Notes under the pieces: model-generated
The model's database searches: none
What the model saw: only the letters and a program-made list of their open reading frames with translations
What the model was told of the DNA's origin: nothing
Shown: piece by piece, positions 24,767-37,325 of the stretch
Layout: every line of letters begins with the position of its first letter
Position numbering within the stretch: position 1 is the first letter of the stretch
From: Octopus bimaculoides
Taxonomy: Eukaryota
Reading direction: 5' to 3'
NCBI RefSeq assembly: GCF_001194135.2
Contig: NC_068989.1
Location: 39,395,068-39,459,067, forward strand
DNA length: 64,000 bases
Program-made: the position numbers and the translations under genes

Positions 24767-25294
24767 ATGAACTTTTGTAAATTTGGTGAGCAGAGACGGA
24801 TTTTACCTTTGGAAGTCTGCTGTTATTACATGTACCTTGAGGTAAGTACAAGACTTTCTAATATAACTTTAAATGATGTTAAATTATTTAAAAGTTTTTT
24901 GTCATTGGACTATTATAGTATTTTATTTTACTTCATTTTATCTTATTCTATTTTGCTTTATTTGTCTATTTTGAATTTTTAATCGCTTATTTTTATTCGA
25001 ATTGAAATTATAAAAAGATATATATATATATTGTGTTATATTTTTAACTCAAATTTGATTTACTTGTATGTTATTAGAAAAAAAAATATATATATATAAA
25101 TTTTTATATTGTGTGTTTTATGTTCTATTTTATTTTTTATATATATTTTCTTATGTAGTTGTGGACTTTGATGTATTTCTTATATATGACTGTTTATTGA
25201 GGGGACTGTTGTATGTTGAGTCGTTGACCCAAATGTAATGCTTTTATTCTGTAACTAATAATTTTAAATATATATATATATGTATGTATGTGTT

Positions 25295-25500
25295 TGTGTG
25301 TCTGTGTTTGTCCCCCAAACATCACTTGACAACCGATGCTTGTGTGTTTACGTCCCGTAACTTAACGGTTTGGCAAAAGAGACCAATAGAATAAGTACTA
25401 GGCTTACAAAGAATAAGTCCTGGGTTGATTTGGTCGACTAAAGGCGGTGCTCCAGCATGGTCACAGTCAAATGACTGAAACAAGTAAAAGAGTAAAGAGT
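25295..25500 (+). mobile_element. SINE 3' module (gtctgtgtttgtcccc...gtcgactaaaggcggtgctccagcatgg...gtaaaagag)
   Basis: Repeated at ~42300, 44935, 47215, 49820 and 55535. Confidence 0.8.
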
Positions 25501-25556
25501 AGCTACTTATTGAGGATATAATCATTAACATGATTATATCCTCAATTTATAAGTAC

Positions 25557-25593
<37 letters not shown>

Positions 25594-25742
25594 CAGTTAT
25601 TGGGCTGTGGTCAGGCCATACTGGTTTGAAGGTTTGATTGATCAAATCAACCCCAGTATTTATTTTGAGTACTTTATCAATCATTTATGCTGAACCACCA
25701 AGTTAAAAGAACATAAATAATCAAACATTGGATGTCAAATGA

Positions 25743-25786
<44 letters not shown>

Positions 25787-28213
25787 TATGCATACACAAA
25801 GTTTCTGCAAACCAAATTTGCTCAAAATGCACTGATTAGATTGGAGTTATATAAAAGAGAACACGAGCCCAGTGTACCCTGTTATATGAGCCTAAGACCA
25901 CATGACTACAAAATAAACTTCTATACCACAGGAAAGTCTGTGCCTATTTATATAATTACTTTTTTCTTCTTCCTGTCAAAAGATGAATGTGTGTGTTGAA
26001 CCTAGAAAAATTATAATTAGAGTCCAAATGCAACTGCAACTAAGTGTTAACATGTTTAATACAGAGAACATTAAGAAGCATTAAAGAGATGAAGATGAAA
26101 TTGCGTTTGTCAATGACCAATCATATTTTCGTTAACTGGCAAAGCAAGAGAGTGAAAGATGTTTTCACTTTATTCTGACCTCTTCAGCAAAATATTGCCT
26201 TCACTATACTGTACACCTATATAATAATGAAAGATTTATTAAGTGAATACCTATTTATTGGCAAAAGAAACTAAGATTTTCTAGAGATAGCATCTGCATG
26301 AAAACACAATCGTCAAATTACTGATAAATTTAATGCCTTCTTCAAGTGACCACATTTAAAATACATTTCCCCATGCAGTAATCTCTGTTTCCCAATAGCT
26401 TTGATGATTTTCAGTTTCACATTGTGTTTCTGCCGATAGTGACAATAGAATTGAAAGGTACTTGTCATTTATAAAGTAGAAATCTTCAAAATATAACTAG
26501 GAAAACAAAATAAACTGGGCATCTCCTGGCAGAAACAATGCTGTTAACCAGTGCTAGAGGGAACAATATATTCAGAAAGTACTGAAACTATTGTGATATT
26601 CAGATGGTGAATGGAACATCCTGCAGTGTCTATTGAGAGCTGTATGTTTCTATATTAGTCATAGACAAAAGTAAGTACATGACAGATGATGCACGAATTT
26701 GTGAAAATTTAAATTTCAGTGATAATGTTAGCAGCAATCACGTTGACTCTGCCTTCTGAAGAAAGGCAGCACCATACACAAACATCCTTTCATCCCTGAA
26801 CATGACTATGAAGATCTAGATGGATAAAGGAATTTCAGTTTTTTACACAAAAGCTAGAAATTTCATATTGGATAAAAATCACAATAGTAACAATAAAACT
26901 AGAATACAGTTATGTTTTTGATAAGAAAGAAAATTACAAGGCTGGCAGGACAGACAGATTGATGAATGGGTAGATTGACAGACAGATGAGTAAGTTAATT
27001 GGCATATAAATAACTAGAGAGATAATTGACAAATATCAGGAGAGAGACAGATAGTCGGATGGAGAGATGGAGAGATCGATAAGACAGACAGATAGAGAGT
27101 TAGGTAGACAGATGGATGGACTGATGGATGGACAGATGTATAGATAGATGGATAGATATACTAAAAAAAAATCACATATACACTCTTGCATTCATCAGAA
27201 ATGGTAACTTTTAAACAAATATAAACACTCATAAATTTATTCACACATTGCTAAGTAATATAAAAGTATGAGGAAGTGGGAACATATTGAGAATGAAACA
27301 ATTCCCAGCTCCTACTAAACAGCACTTCTGACCAGTTTCCAAGACACAAACCAAACTATGGAGCCACAAAACTGATATAAGTGATAACACCATCCCCAAA
27401 CAGAATTGCACCATAAATATAAATTGTCTATAATTTATAAAATGGCATGGCAGTAATGAAGGCAGCTGTGATGGTAGTGCTGGAGATGTTGGTAATGAAT
27501 ATAATAGAAACAGTTGTAGTAACACAATAGCATTTATTCCACACTCCAATACTCCAGTAAAATCTTTCCCGACTCATCCTACCAAACCTCATTTTTTAAA
27601 AACTTTTTTTTCCTTTAGTAGTAGTGTTGTTTTAGCTTTTTGACATGAAATTGCCATGAAATATTTATCTATTCTGAGGATGATAGCTGAAAAATCTATA
27701 CCACACCAATACCATTACCAACGCCAAAACAAAAAAAAACTTACAAGGCTAAAACCATCATCACTAGTATCATTATTAAGATCATTATTATTGATCACAT
27801 TATTGGCAGTGGTGGTGGTGGTGGTATTAATATAATAATTTGTGTTTGGTAGTGGGGAGAAAAATAATTTTGATTACCAAATTATTCTATAATGTTTATG
27901 AATGTCATGCCATTTTTTATTTCAATTTCATGTATATATTAATATATACACACACATAAACACTCACAAATCACCATTATACGCACTGAAGATAATTGGA
28001 TACATATGTGTGTGTGGTGGGGGGCGCACATACATACATACATACATACACACACATATATACACACAATTTTTTTCCTGCAATTAAGTAGAAAGACAGA
28101 TAGATTGGTAAGACAAACAAGAGTAAACAGAACTTGACAGTCAAGAGCTAATCTCACCCTTCAAGTCACATTCTGGAAATTTTCTGCTGATGGGAAAGTA
28201 AAAATAAAAATTA

Positions 28214-28263
<50 letters not shown>

Positions 28264-28974
28264 NNNNNNNNNNNNNNNNNNNNNNNNNNNNNNNNNNNNN
28301 NNNNNNNNNNNNNNNNNNNNNNNNNNNNNNNNNNNNNNNNNNNNNNNNNNNNNNNNNNNNNNNNNNNNNNNNNNNNNNNNNNNNNNNNNNNNNNNNNNNN
28401 NNNNNNNNNNNNNNNNNNNNNNNNNNNNNNNNNNNNNNNNNNNNNNNNNNNNNNNNNNNNNNNNNNNNNNNNNNNNNNNNNNNNNNNNNNNNNNNNNNNN
28501 NNNNNNNNNNNNNNNNNNNNNNNNNNTAAAGGCAGTGTCCCAGCATGGCCACAGTCAAATGACTGAAAAAGTAAAACAATAAAAGAATAAAAAAATATAT
28601 ATGCATAGTCATGACAGTGTAAGTAGGAAAAATAGAACTCAAAACATGAATATATTTTTTATTTAGCAGAAGTAACAGAGTGACTCAAGGTGAAAGCGTT
28701 TGGTGCATTGGCTGTGTCCATCAGGGGGCACCACTTCGAAAAATTTTAAATCAGATGTATTGACCCTAGTGAATATTTTTTTGAAAGCCTAGTACTTATT
28801 CTATCAGCCTCTTTTGCAGAACTACTAAGTTACAGGAAAGTAAACACACCTTCACCAGATGTCAAGCAGTGGTGGGGGGACACAAATACAGACAGAAAGA
28901 CACACACACACACATATAATAATATATAAATATATGCATATATACATACATATATGTACATACCTACATATATA

Positions 28975-29865
28975 TGTATATATACATGCATATATTGGTA
29001 ATGGACATAAAAAAAACGTCGGCAAAATGAGAAATGAGAACATAAAAAACAAAAACATAGAAAATGGACTTTTTTTTCAAACAACAAGAAAACAAACAGA
29101 GAAACGAGACATGCGACATAAGAACATTCCCTTCATCAGTTGTCCCCTGTTTTATCTACTCCACATTTTGAAAATAAGTAAAAGACACGACTTCATTAAA
29201 ACAGTCCTTCCCGTAAAACAAATTAAATAAAATTTGGGATTTTTTGTGGAGGGTGAAAGTGGTAACAAAAACAGGACAGTGAATACAAAACAGTAAAAAC
29301 AAACAGTGAGGGCTGTTAAACCAAGACGATGTGAAGTAATGAACGCTGGAAAAATGAGCTTTGAGAAGGGACAGATAAAAGCATGTTTTGTCTAGGAAGG
29401 AAGTGGAAGAAAAAAGAGGGATGGCCGTTGGTCATGTGTGAGCAACAAGAGAGTCAAGGAGGAAGAGTGAGAGAGAGAGAGGGAATGGTGAAGAGGAGAG
29501 GAGAAGAATAGGGAAAGGGTGGGAGAGAAAAACAGAAACGAAGAACAAGAGAGGGAGATAGATAGACAGAAAAGATATAGAATAAGAGTGCACATTGTAA
29601 TTATTAAGATAAAACTTACTTGGAAAAAGGATACGTTGCATTTGAATATATAATAATATAAATAATATATAAATATATGCATGTATACATATTTATATGT
29701 ACATACCTACATATGTATATATACATGCATATATGGGTACAGGACATCAAACAAACGTAGGCAAAATGAGAAACGAGAGCATAAAAAACAAAAACATAGA
29801 AAACGACCTATTTTTCGAACAATAAAAAGAACAGAGAAACGAGACGTGCAACATAAAGAACATTC
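28975..29865. repeat. ~150-bp direct repeat pair (28975-29129 and ~29718-29865)
   Basis: ggcaaaatgagaaa...cagagaaacgagac...aagaacattc occurs twice, moderately diverged. Confidence 0.8.
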
Positions 29866-32800
29866 ATATACAGATATATGATAGGTTTTTCTCTGTTTCC
29901 ATCTATCAAATCTACTCACAATGTTCTGGTTGTGCTCCACAGCTATAGCAGAAGCCCCTTGTCTAAGATGCCACAGAGTGGGACTGAATCTTGATCTATC
30001 TATCTATCTATCTATACGTACATATATANNNNNNNNNNNNNNNNNNNNNNNNNNNNNNNNNNNNNNNNNNNNNNNNNNNNTATATGAGAGGTATTGGTAT
30101 CTAGATCACCCAAGGAATGTCAGGTAATGCTAAGTAAGTGCTCTGGACAGACAGTAGTTAAACTCTTGGTTTGAAAACTCCTCACAGCCTTGGCTTTGTT
30201 ATCTCATTCTGTCTTATATCATCATCATCATCGTTTAACGTCCGCTTTCCATGCTAGCATGGGTTGGACGATTTGACTGAGGACTGGTGAAACCGGATGG
30301 CCACACCAGGCTCCAATCTAATTTGGCAGAGTTTCTACAGCTGGATGCCCTTCCTAACGCCAACGATATATATATACACTATTCAAAATATACAAAAGAT
30401 ACCCCAAAACACAGTGACAGGTGAAAGAACAACAAATAGGATGTGTTAGTTTAATGCTCAGGAAAAACGGAAGAACTTTTTAGCATTTTGAGACCATGCA
30501 GTTCTACAGAAAGAAATGAGGAGAGAAAACAGATGGAGAGAGAAAAGAATCCAGTGAAAATAATGTGTCTGAACTTGCAGTGCTATGTGTTGAATTGACT
30601 GGGAGGAAGCGGCTGGAGATATGGCTGACAAGGGATACAACAGTCACCTAGTGAGTGTGTGTGTGTGTACACAAGCATGTGTGCATGTGTATATATATGG
30701 GCGAGTCTGTGTATGTGTGTGTGTGGGCAAGTACATGTGTGAGTATGAAAACTGTAAGTATGGCTATATGTATGCATGAGAGTATGTATGTGTATGTTTT
30801 TGAGTGTGTGTGTGTGGACGCACGCATGCTCATACGAGCAAGTATGTATGTGAAGTGATGTGTGCATGTGCTCTGTGTATGTGAACGTGTGTATATGTGT
30901 GTGGACGTGTGTATATCTGTGTGGGTGTGAGGCTGTCTAACGTGTGTGCAAGCACGTATGTGTAGAGGCTATTGTGTGTGTGTGTCTGTGCGTGTATTAT
31001 GTGTGAGTAGCATGTGTGCATGCATGTGTGATTTTTGTCCATTTTAGGTGTGTGTAAGAGGCAGTTGGACGTGTGTCTGTGCATACATTTGTGTGTGTGT
31101 GTGTGCTTGCACGTGTGTGTGAGGCTGTTGAATGCATGTCTATTTTTGTATGAATATTGTGTGTTAATGCATGTGAGTATGTATGTGGGCAAGTGTGCAT
31201 GTCCCTATTTTCAGTCAGTGTGTTATTATGGGGCTTAATGTAGTTCTCAGAGAGATTCAGGATGACAAAGAATGAGACAAGGCTGGCCATTTGAAACACA
31301 GGTGCTGCTCATCTTTGCCAGCTGGGTGGACAGGAGCAACATAAAATAAACTGTCTTGCTCAAGGACACAACATATCACCAGGTGCCAAACTCTCAACCT
31401 CACAATCTTGAGCTAAGAACCCTGAGCACTTAGCCACATACCTTCATTGTTTGAAATGGTAACAGTATTTAGACATACATATTCCCAAACAATATACCTT
31501 TTCTGTCCTGTTATCTTGTTTCTTTGCATCAGGTGTAACTGAGTAGTTGTCCACACCATGCCATATTAACAGTTATTTTGTTCCTTTGATGATGAATAAT
31601 AAGGAGATGTTCTGATTTGTTTTTAATATTCCACCTGCTGAAGGTAGTGAGCTGGCAGAACCATTAGCTTCCCAAACAAGTTTCTTAGAGGCACTCCATC
31701 CGTATTTACTTTCTGAGTTAAAATTCTGCCAATGCTGACCTTGCTTTTCTTCCTGTCAGGGTCAATAAAATAAGCGCCAATTGAGCATTGGGATTGATGT
31801 AATCGACTCACTCCCTAACCTAGAATTGCTGGCCTTGTGCCAAAATTTGAGAGCAATTCCAAAAATTCAATGTTTTCAAACCGTGTGCCATATACACTAT
31901 GAACAAAGCCTGTGACACTGGATGAGGGGAATAATGAGGATAAACATCAAATGAAAGCTTAAAAATTTGCTAGAGTAATTTGGGTGCTGTTAACGCATTA
32001 CCTATTTTAGTTATTATTTAGCATTCTACAATATCAAGTGACTGCCACTGTTGATAGAATAATTTGGTCAGTTGTAAATATGAGGTTTTTATATACATCA
32101 CACAGTCTAGTTTTCTCTTTGTTGTGTTTTCTTAATACGTTTTTGATATTCGAACTTTTTCTCTCCAAACCAGAGTTCCATATCTTTGAGAACTCTTGGC
32201 GTGTGTGTGTGTGTGTGTGTACAGGTGTGTGCTCATTATTTGATATTTGATTATCTCTAGCAATTGCAGAAATTCTACTTAAAGCAACTGTAACCAAATT
32301 CTTTCCTTCCTGTGAGTATTGTATTTCATACACGAGTTTAAGATGTAGTGTCTAACAACACAGTTTAGCACTTTTAATGGTTAAAAGTACAAAAAGTAGG
32401 TAAGGTTGTCATTCCAATAAGTGATGGCTATCCTTATTTATCAGTAAAAAGTTTGAATCTTTGTAGTAACAGGTAATGTCACAATGTAATTGATTTGTCT
32501 CGGACATCTGACTGAACAGCCAGACATTTCTTTCCAATATCATTCAATTGATATGAATAGAAGCAAATTGGTTACCTATTTTACATTAGAACAAAGCCTA
32601 TTGATGTTACAGATGCAACCATTTCAAGAGGAGGTATGGACCAGGTGTTGACACTGATAATGAAGCCATTACAACACTCCTTTCAATTTCTTAATTGCAT
32701 AAAGACATTTGGTCAATAATGAGAGGCATTGATATCTTTTAGCTACAATTTCAGTAAAACTTGTCATCCATTTGGAATACCATACAATTAACCTAACAAA

Positions 32801-33183
32801 ACATTCAAATTCTTTGGAGACTCCAAGCAGCAGAAGCTGAAATAGTGACCACAGTCTGTTGAAATCTGACAGTAACTGGATTTCTAAAAGAACGAAGGTG
32901 CAGTGTAACTGACTCATTGTTCCTTGTTGACATTTTTAGAAATCTGTAAGAGTCCTTACTGCTTTGGCACTTTTGAGAAAAACTTGCAAATTTTCATAAT
33001 GGATCCAATTATTTTCTCCACATAGGCACAGACATGGTCGTGTTGTAAGAAATTTGCTTCCCAGCCACATGGTTCAGGGTTCAGTCCCACTGTGTAGCAC
33101 CTTGGGCAAGTGTCTTCTACTATAGCCTCAGGCCAACCAAAGCCATGTGAGTGGATTTGGTAGACAGAAACAGAGAGAAGCCC

Positions 33184-33225
<42 letters not shown>

Positions 33226-33267
33226 TACCAACACACACACATGCCAACACCAAAGTCCTTAACTGAG

Positions 33268-33760
33268 CCAAGATACCCAACATACACATCTTGCTCCAGC
33301 AGTGTCATTTGTGCTTGCTCAGTCATGTTCATCACATGCCAGACGGAAGGATCCCAAAGAACTCCTGTATGGGGAATTGGTTACTGGCACAAGAGCACAA
33401 GGACAACCTTATCTTCATTTCAAAGCTGTCTGTAAGAGAGATATGAAGTCGCTTGATCTGGACGTTCTGCGATGGCTGGAGTCTGCAAATGATCACCCAC
33501 ACTGGAGGCAAATATTGCAAAAGGGAATGAAGAAAGCAGTAGAAAAACTGGTACTTGCCATCAAAGAAAAGCACACTTGACAGACGGGAAAATCAGCAGC
33601 ACCGGCAGAGAGCTCCTTCAAATACAGTCACTGTATGCACGACTGCCACTCCTGTGTGGGCCTGTGCAGCCACATCAGATGCTGCACCACCATCAGCAGT
33701 TGACATGATTTCTTTCGGTGCAAATCCATAGCCTCTTGAGACCGACAGATGCCTACTATA
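33268..33760 (+). mobile_element. RTE LINE 3' end
   Basis: RIPKELLYGELVTG.R.QG.P.L.FK.VCKRDMKSLDLD..W...A.D...WRQ plus a terminal Cys/His cluster. Sister copy at 38790-39175. Confidence 0.85.
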
Positions 33761-34245
33761 TATATATCTATGTATGTATGTGTGTGTGTGTGTGTGTGTG
33801 CATGCGTGTGTGTGTACTAAGCTTAAAAAAAGGTAAGTCTTTCGATTGATTTGTTTGACTAAGCAAACCCTTCAAGATGGTGTTCCAACATGGCCACAGT
33901 CAAATGACTGATGCAAGTAAAAGAATAAAAGCAAAGAATATCACTGCATCAAAGTAATTAGCCATCTCCTTTAAGCCATAAATAATTTTTCTCATTGCAT
34001 TGCTGAAATGAAGTACTCCATTTTCTCACTCCAAAAGAGTTAATGACACCATCATTTTAACATTCATCTTTCCTTGCTTGAATAAACCAGATTAGATTCA
34101 CAGATGCAGATTTACTATAGCCAGATGCCTTTCCTGCTACCAATCCTCACTTGGTTTTTTAGCAAGGTAATATTTCCTTATGGTCAGATGTTTACATGGA
34201 AGATTGGAATCCAATGATGTCACTTGTATAACATTGTATAACATT

Positions 34246-34690
34246 TACATTATTTACATTTGACGGATATTTGTCCTCACCTTGTTTGTTGTTAACACGA
34301 CGTTTCAACTGATATACCCTCCAGCCTTCATCAGGTGTCATGGGGAAATTTCGTACCTGGGTTCTCATTCCTAATTTTCGATGTTGTGGTTATTATTATT
34401 ATTATTATTATTATTCAGGTCACTGCTTGGAATCGAACTCGGAATCTTGGGGTTAGTAGCCCGTGTTCTTAACCCCGAGATTCTGAGTTCGTTTCCAAGC
34501 AGTGCCCTGAATAATAATAATAATAATAATGATAATAATAATAATAACATTGAAAAATACCTTAGGAATGAGAACCCAGGTTCGAAATTTCTCCAAGACA
34601 CCTGATGAAGACTGGAGAGTATATCAGCTAAAACTTTGTGTTAACAACAAACAAGATGAGGACAAATATCCATCAAATGTAAATAATGTA
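34246..34690. mobile_element. ~445-bp fold-back element: tRNA-like head + (TAA)n + minimal hammerhead, duplicated as an inverted repeat
   Basis: The two halves are reverse complements around a loop at ~34456-34469. B-box GTTCGATTC and HHR core CTGATGA...GAAACGTC are present. Confidence 0.8.
34294..34339 (-). ncRNA. Minimal type I hammerhead ribozyme (PLE-type)
   Basis: gacac-CTGATGA-a-ggctg(gagggtatat)cagtt-GAAAC-GTC-gtgtt. Stem I gacac/gtgtt, palindromic ACGT in place of stem III, GUC triplet. The mirror copy at 34597-34642 has GAAA changed to AAAA. Confidence 0.7.
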
Positions 34691-34930
34691 CATAATTCCT
34701 CATCACTTAAATATAGAACTGTATGACTCATTTACAGTTATCACATGTGTCAAGATGAGACATGCCCATGCACTAACACTTTCAGTGTCCATCTACAAAA
34801 TCCTCTCACAAGACTTTAGTTGAGCAAAGATTATTGTAGAAGACACTTGCCCAAGCTGCCACACTGCATAGTTGAGCCCCAAACCATATGGTTAGAAAAC
34901 AAACTTTTTATACACACAACCATGCCATTA

Positions 34931-35008
<78 letters not shown>

Positions 35009-35889
35009 ACTACTTATTTGCTTCATGGACAGTAAAATGTTGCTCTTGGATAGGTATAGTCATTTGATAATATACTGAACAATTGTCCTAGAGTACTGAA
35101 ATAACAATATCCATGAACTGGCTTAAAACACTATTGTCTCTAATGAGTGGAATGAGGGATGCATTTAGCTTTTTTTTTTCTACTAATAATAAGTGCATAA
35201 TCACTAGATGCCCTTTGCCACTTCATTTGATGACTACAACTTGAGAATACCTTCATGATTTTGAAAATATTTCTTTCTCAGTCAAAAGTTTATTATTTAT
35301 CACTAGCAAATTTGCTGTCTTAAATACAATGATTCTAAGTGGAGCAGAGTATGGCCATTGTTTCTGTAGAAAATGATAAGCTTGAATCAGTAAATATTTG
35401 AAATTTTGAAGGTTTATCAGTTACGCTATAAAGTTTCTGATCAACACAAATAGCAGACACAGTTAAGGGTGATAGTTTAGCATCAAATTCAGTCTGAAGA
35501 GACTAATATCGTGATAATGCAGAGATAAGCAGAATCAGAAATTCCAGACAGCAAGATCTTCAACTACTAAGCAGTAAGTGTTTATTTCAATGTTTAGAAT
35601 CCAATTATATTAAACTTGTTTCCATCAACAGGCTGCACGTTAAGAGGATTTACAGTAAATTTGATATCAAGCTTTTTTCACAATGTCTTTGTGAACCAAA
35701 GACAATTCTCCGTGAACAAGTTGTGTGAATTTATAGTACCAGAAACAAGTTTTTGTTTCAGTGTTTCATGCATTGATGTGGTTAATACTATTGGTTCCCA
35801 ATAAATATTTGCAGACTATCCTATCATTTCATAATTAAGACGTTGTCAATAGTGGGACATATTATTTATGTCAATATAAAGATTTTACT

Positions 35890-37325
35890 AGCTTACTCAT
35901 CATTATTTAGCAACTGTTTTCCATGCTAGCATGGATAAGATGGTTTGACTGGAGCTGATAAACCAGAGAGCTACACCAGGCTCCAGTCTGTTTTGGCTTG
36001 GTTTCTATGGCCAGATGCCCCTCCTAATACCAACCACTTTATAGAGTGTACTGAGTGTCTTCTACATGTCACTGGCACAGGTGCCTTTTACATGTCTCTG
36101 ACACAGGTGTCTATCACATGTCACTGGCATGGGTACCTTTCATGTCTCATTGGCACTGTCCAGCTTGATGTATCTTCTTAAGCACAGCAAATTGCCAGAA
36201 GTCTTAGTCACTTTTCATTGCCTCCATGAGGAAATGGCAAGTGACTGAAGATCTTATTTCACCACCTTGCCCATGTCTTCCTGGGTCTACCTCTTCCATA
36301 GGTTCCCTTCAGTTAGAGATCAACCTTTCTTTTCACAGCTATCCTCATCCATATGCATCACATGACCATACCAAGCACTGCCTTCTCTCATGCATGCTAC
36401 ATCTGATTCCTCTTATACCCAGTTTTTGTCTTAAGACACTTACACTCTGTTGCATGTACACACTGACATTACACATCTAGCAGAGCATAATAGCTTCATT
36501 TTTTTCAAGCTTTTGCATGTCCTCTGCAGTTACAGTTCATGATTCACTACCATGTAACATGACAGTTCGCACACAGGCATCATACAATCTGCCTTCCACT
36601 CTGAGGGAGACGCCCTTTGTTACCAACAAAGGTAGTAGCTCTCTGAATTTTTACCAGCCCATTCTTATTCTAGCAGTTATGCTCTCAGAGCATCTTCCCC
36701 CATTGCTGACTTGGTCACCTAAGTAATAGAAGTTATCTGCTACTTCAAAGTATCCTCTAGGGCATTTGACAAATCTATTTTCTGTACATTCTTAGTGTTT
36801 ATTGTACCTACACTTTTGCCACACACAAAGACTACTTTCTCTGTTAACCTTTCTCTGATACTGCTTCACCTTTTATGTGTCTGTAGCTTGCACCTTACAG
36901 AGTTTCTGCCAACACCTTTTCTACATATCGAGGGGGGCTGAGAACCAATATTTGGTGAACTTCTACCTGTACACTGAATTCATTGCTCTACTTATTGCCA
37001 AGTTTCATCTTACATACAGCATCCCTGTATGTGGCTTGTACAGCTCTCACCAACCACTCATCTATCCCTAGCTTCTGCATTGACCACTAAATAAGAGAGC
37101 AGGGGGTCCTGTCAAAGGCTTTCTCTATGTCAACAAAAGCCAAGTATAGAGGTGACAAGGTCCACTATCCCTTATTTGGTATAGCAATGAATTCAGTGTA
37201 CAGGTAGGAATTCACCAAGGATTGGTTCTCAGCTCCATCTTGTTCATCATAATCCTCCAGGCCATAACAGAGGAATTTAAGATGGGCTGCTCTTGGCAGC
37301 TCCTCTATGCTGATAGTTCTCATTA
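35890..37325 (-). mobile_element. RTE LINE remnant (RT to 3' tail)
   Basis: LYLAFVDIEKAFDR and KGRLYDACVRTVMLHGSE motifs. The tail matches the (cat)n-associated short repeats elsewhere in the window. Confidence 0.85.

Larger units (their letters stand above)
23067..25265 (+). mobile_element. 5'-truncated Penelope-like element with inverted pseudo-LTR
   Basis: GIY-YIG-type C-terminus on + (SYSGTPNLASII..., CPLDRFCRSTNVIYKC..KFYIGST.DFKARYRAH..SF, LYIRESL, CNH). Flanked by inverted arms 23067-23785 and 24601-25265. Confidence 0.9.

Noticed and set aside
26600-26645. 39-nt exon-like segment encoding GGMEHP, reminiscent of the M1 GXMEN motif
   Set aside because: Isolated, not GAMEN/GGMEN, no HEXXH exon nearby, and downstream of the identified gene's stop.
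30580-31240. Many overlapping His/Thr- or Val/Cys-rich ORFs (also 8436-8841, 39734-40322, 44119-44626, 28211-28642)
   Set aside because: Translations of TG/CA/TA microsatellites or N gaps.
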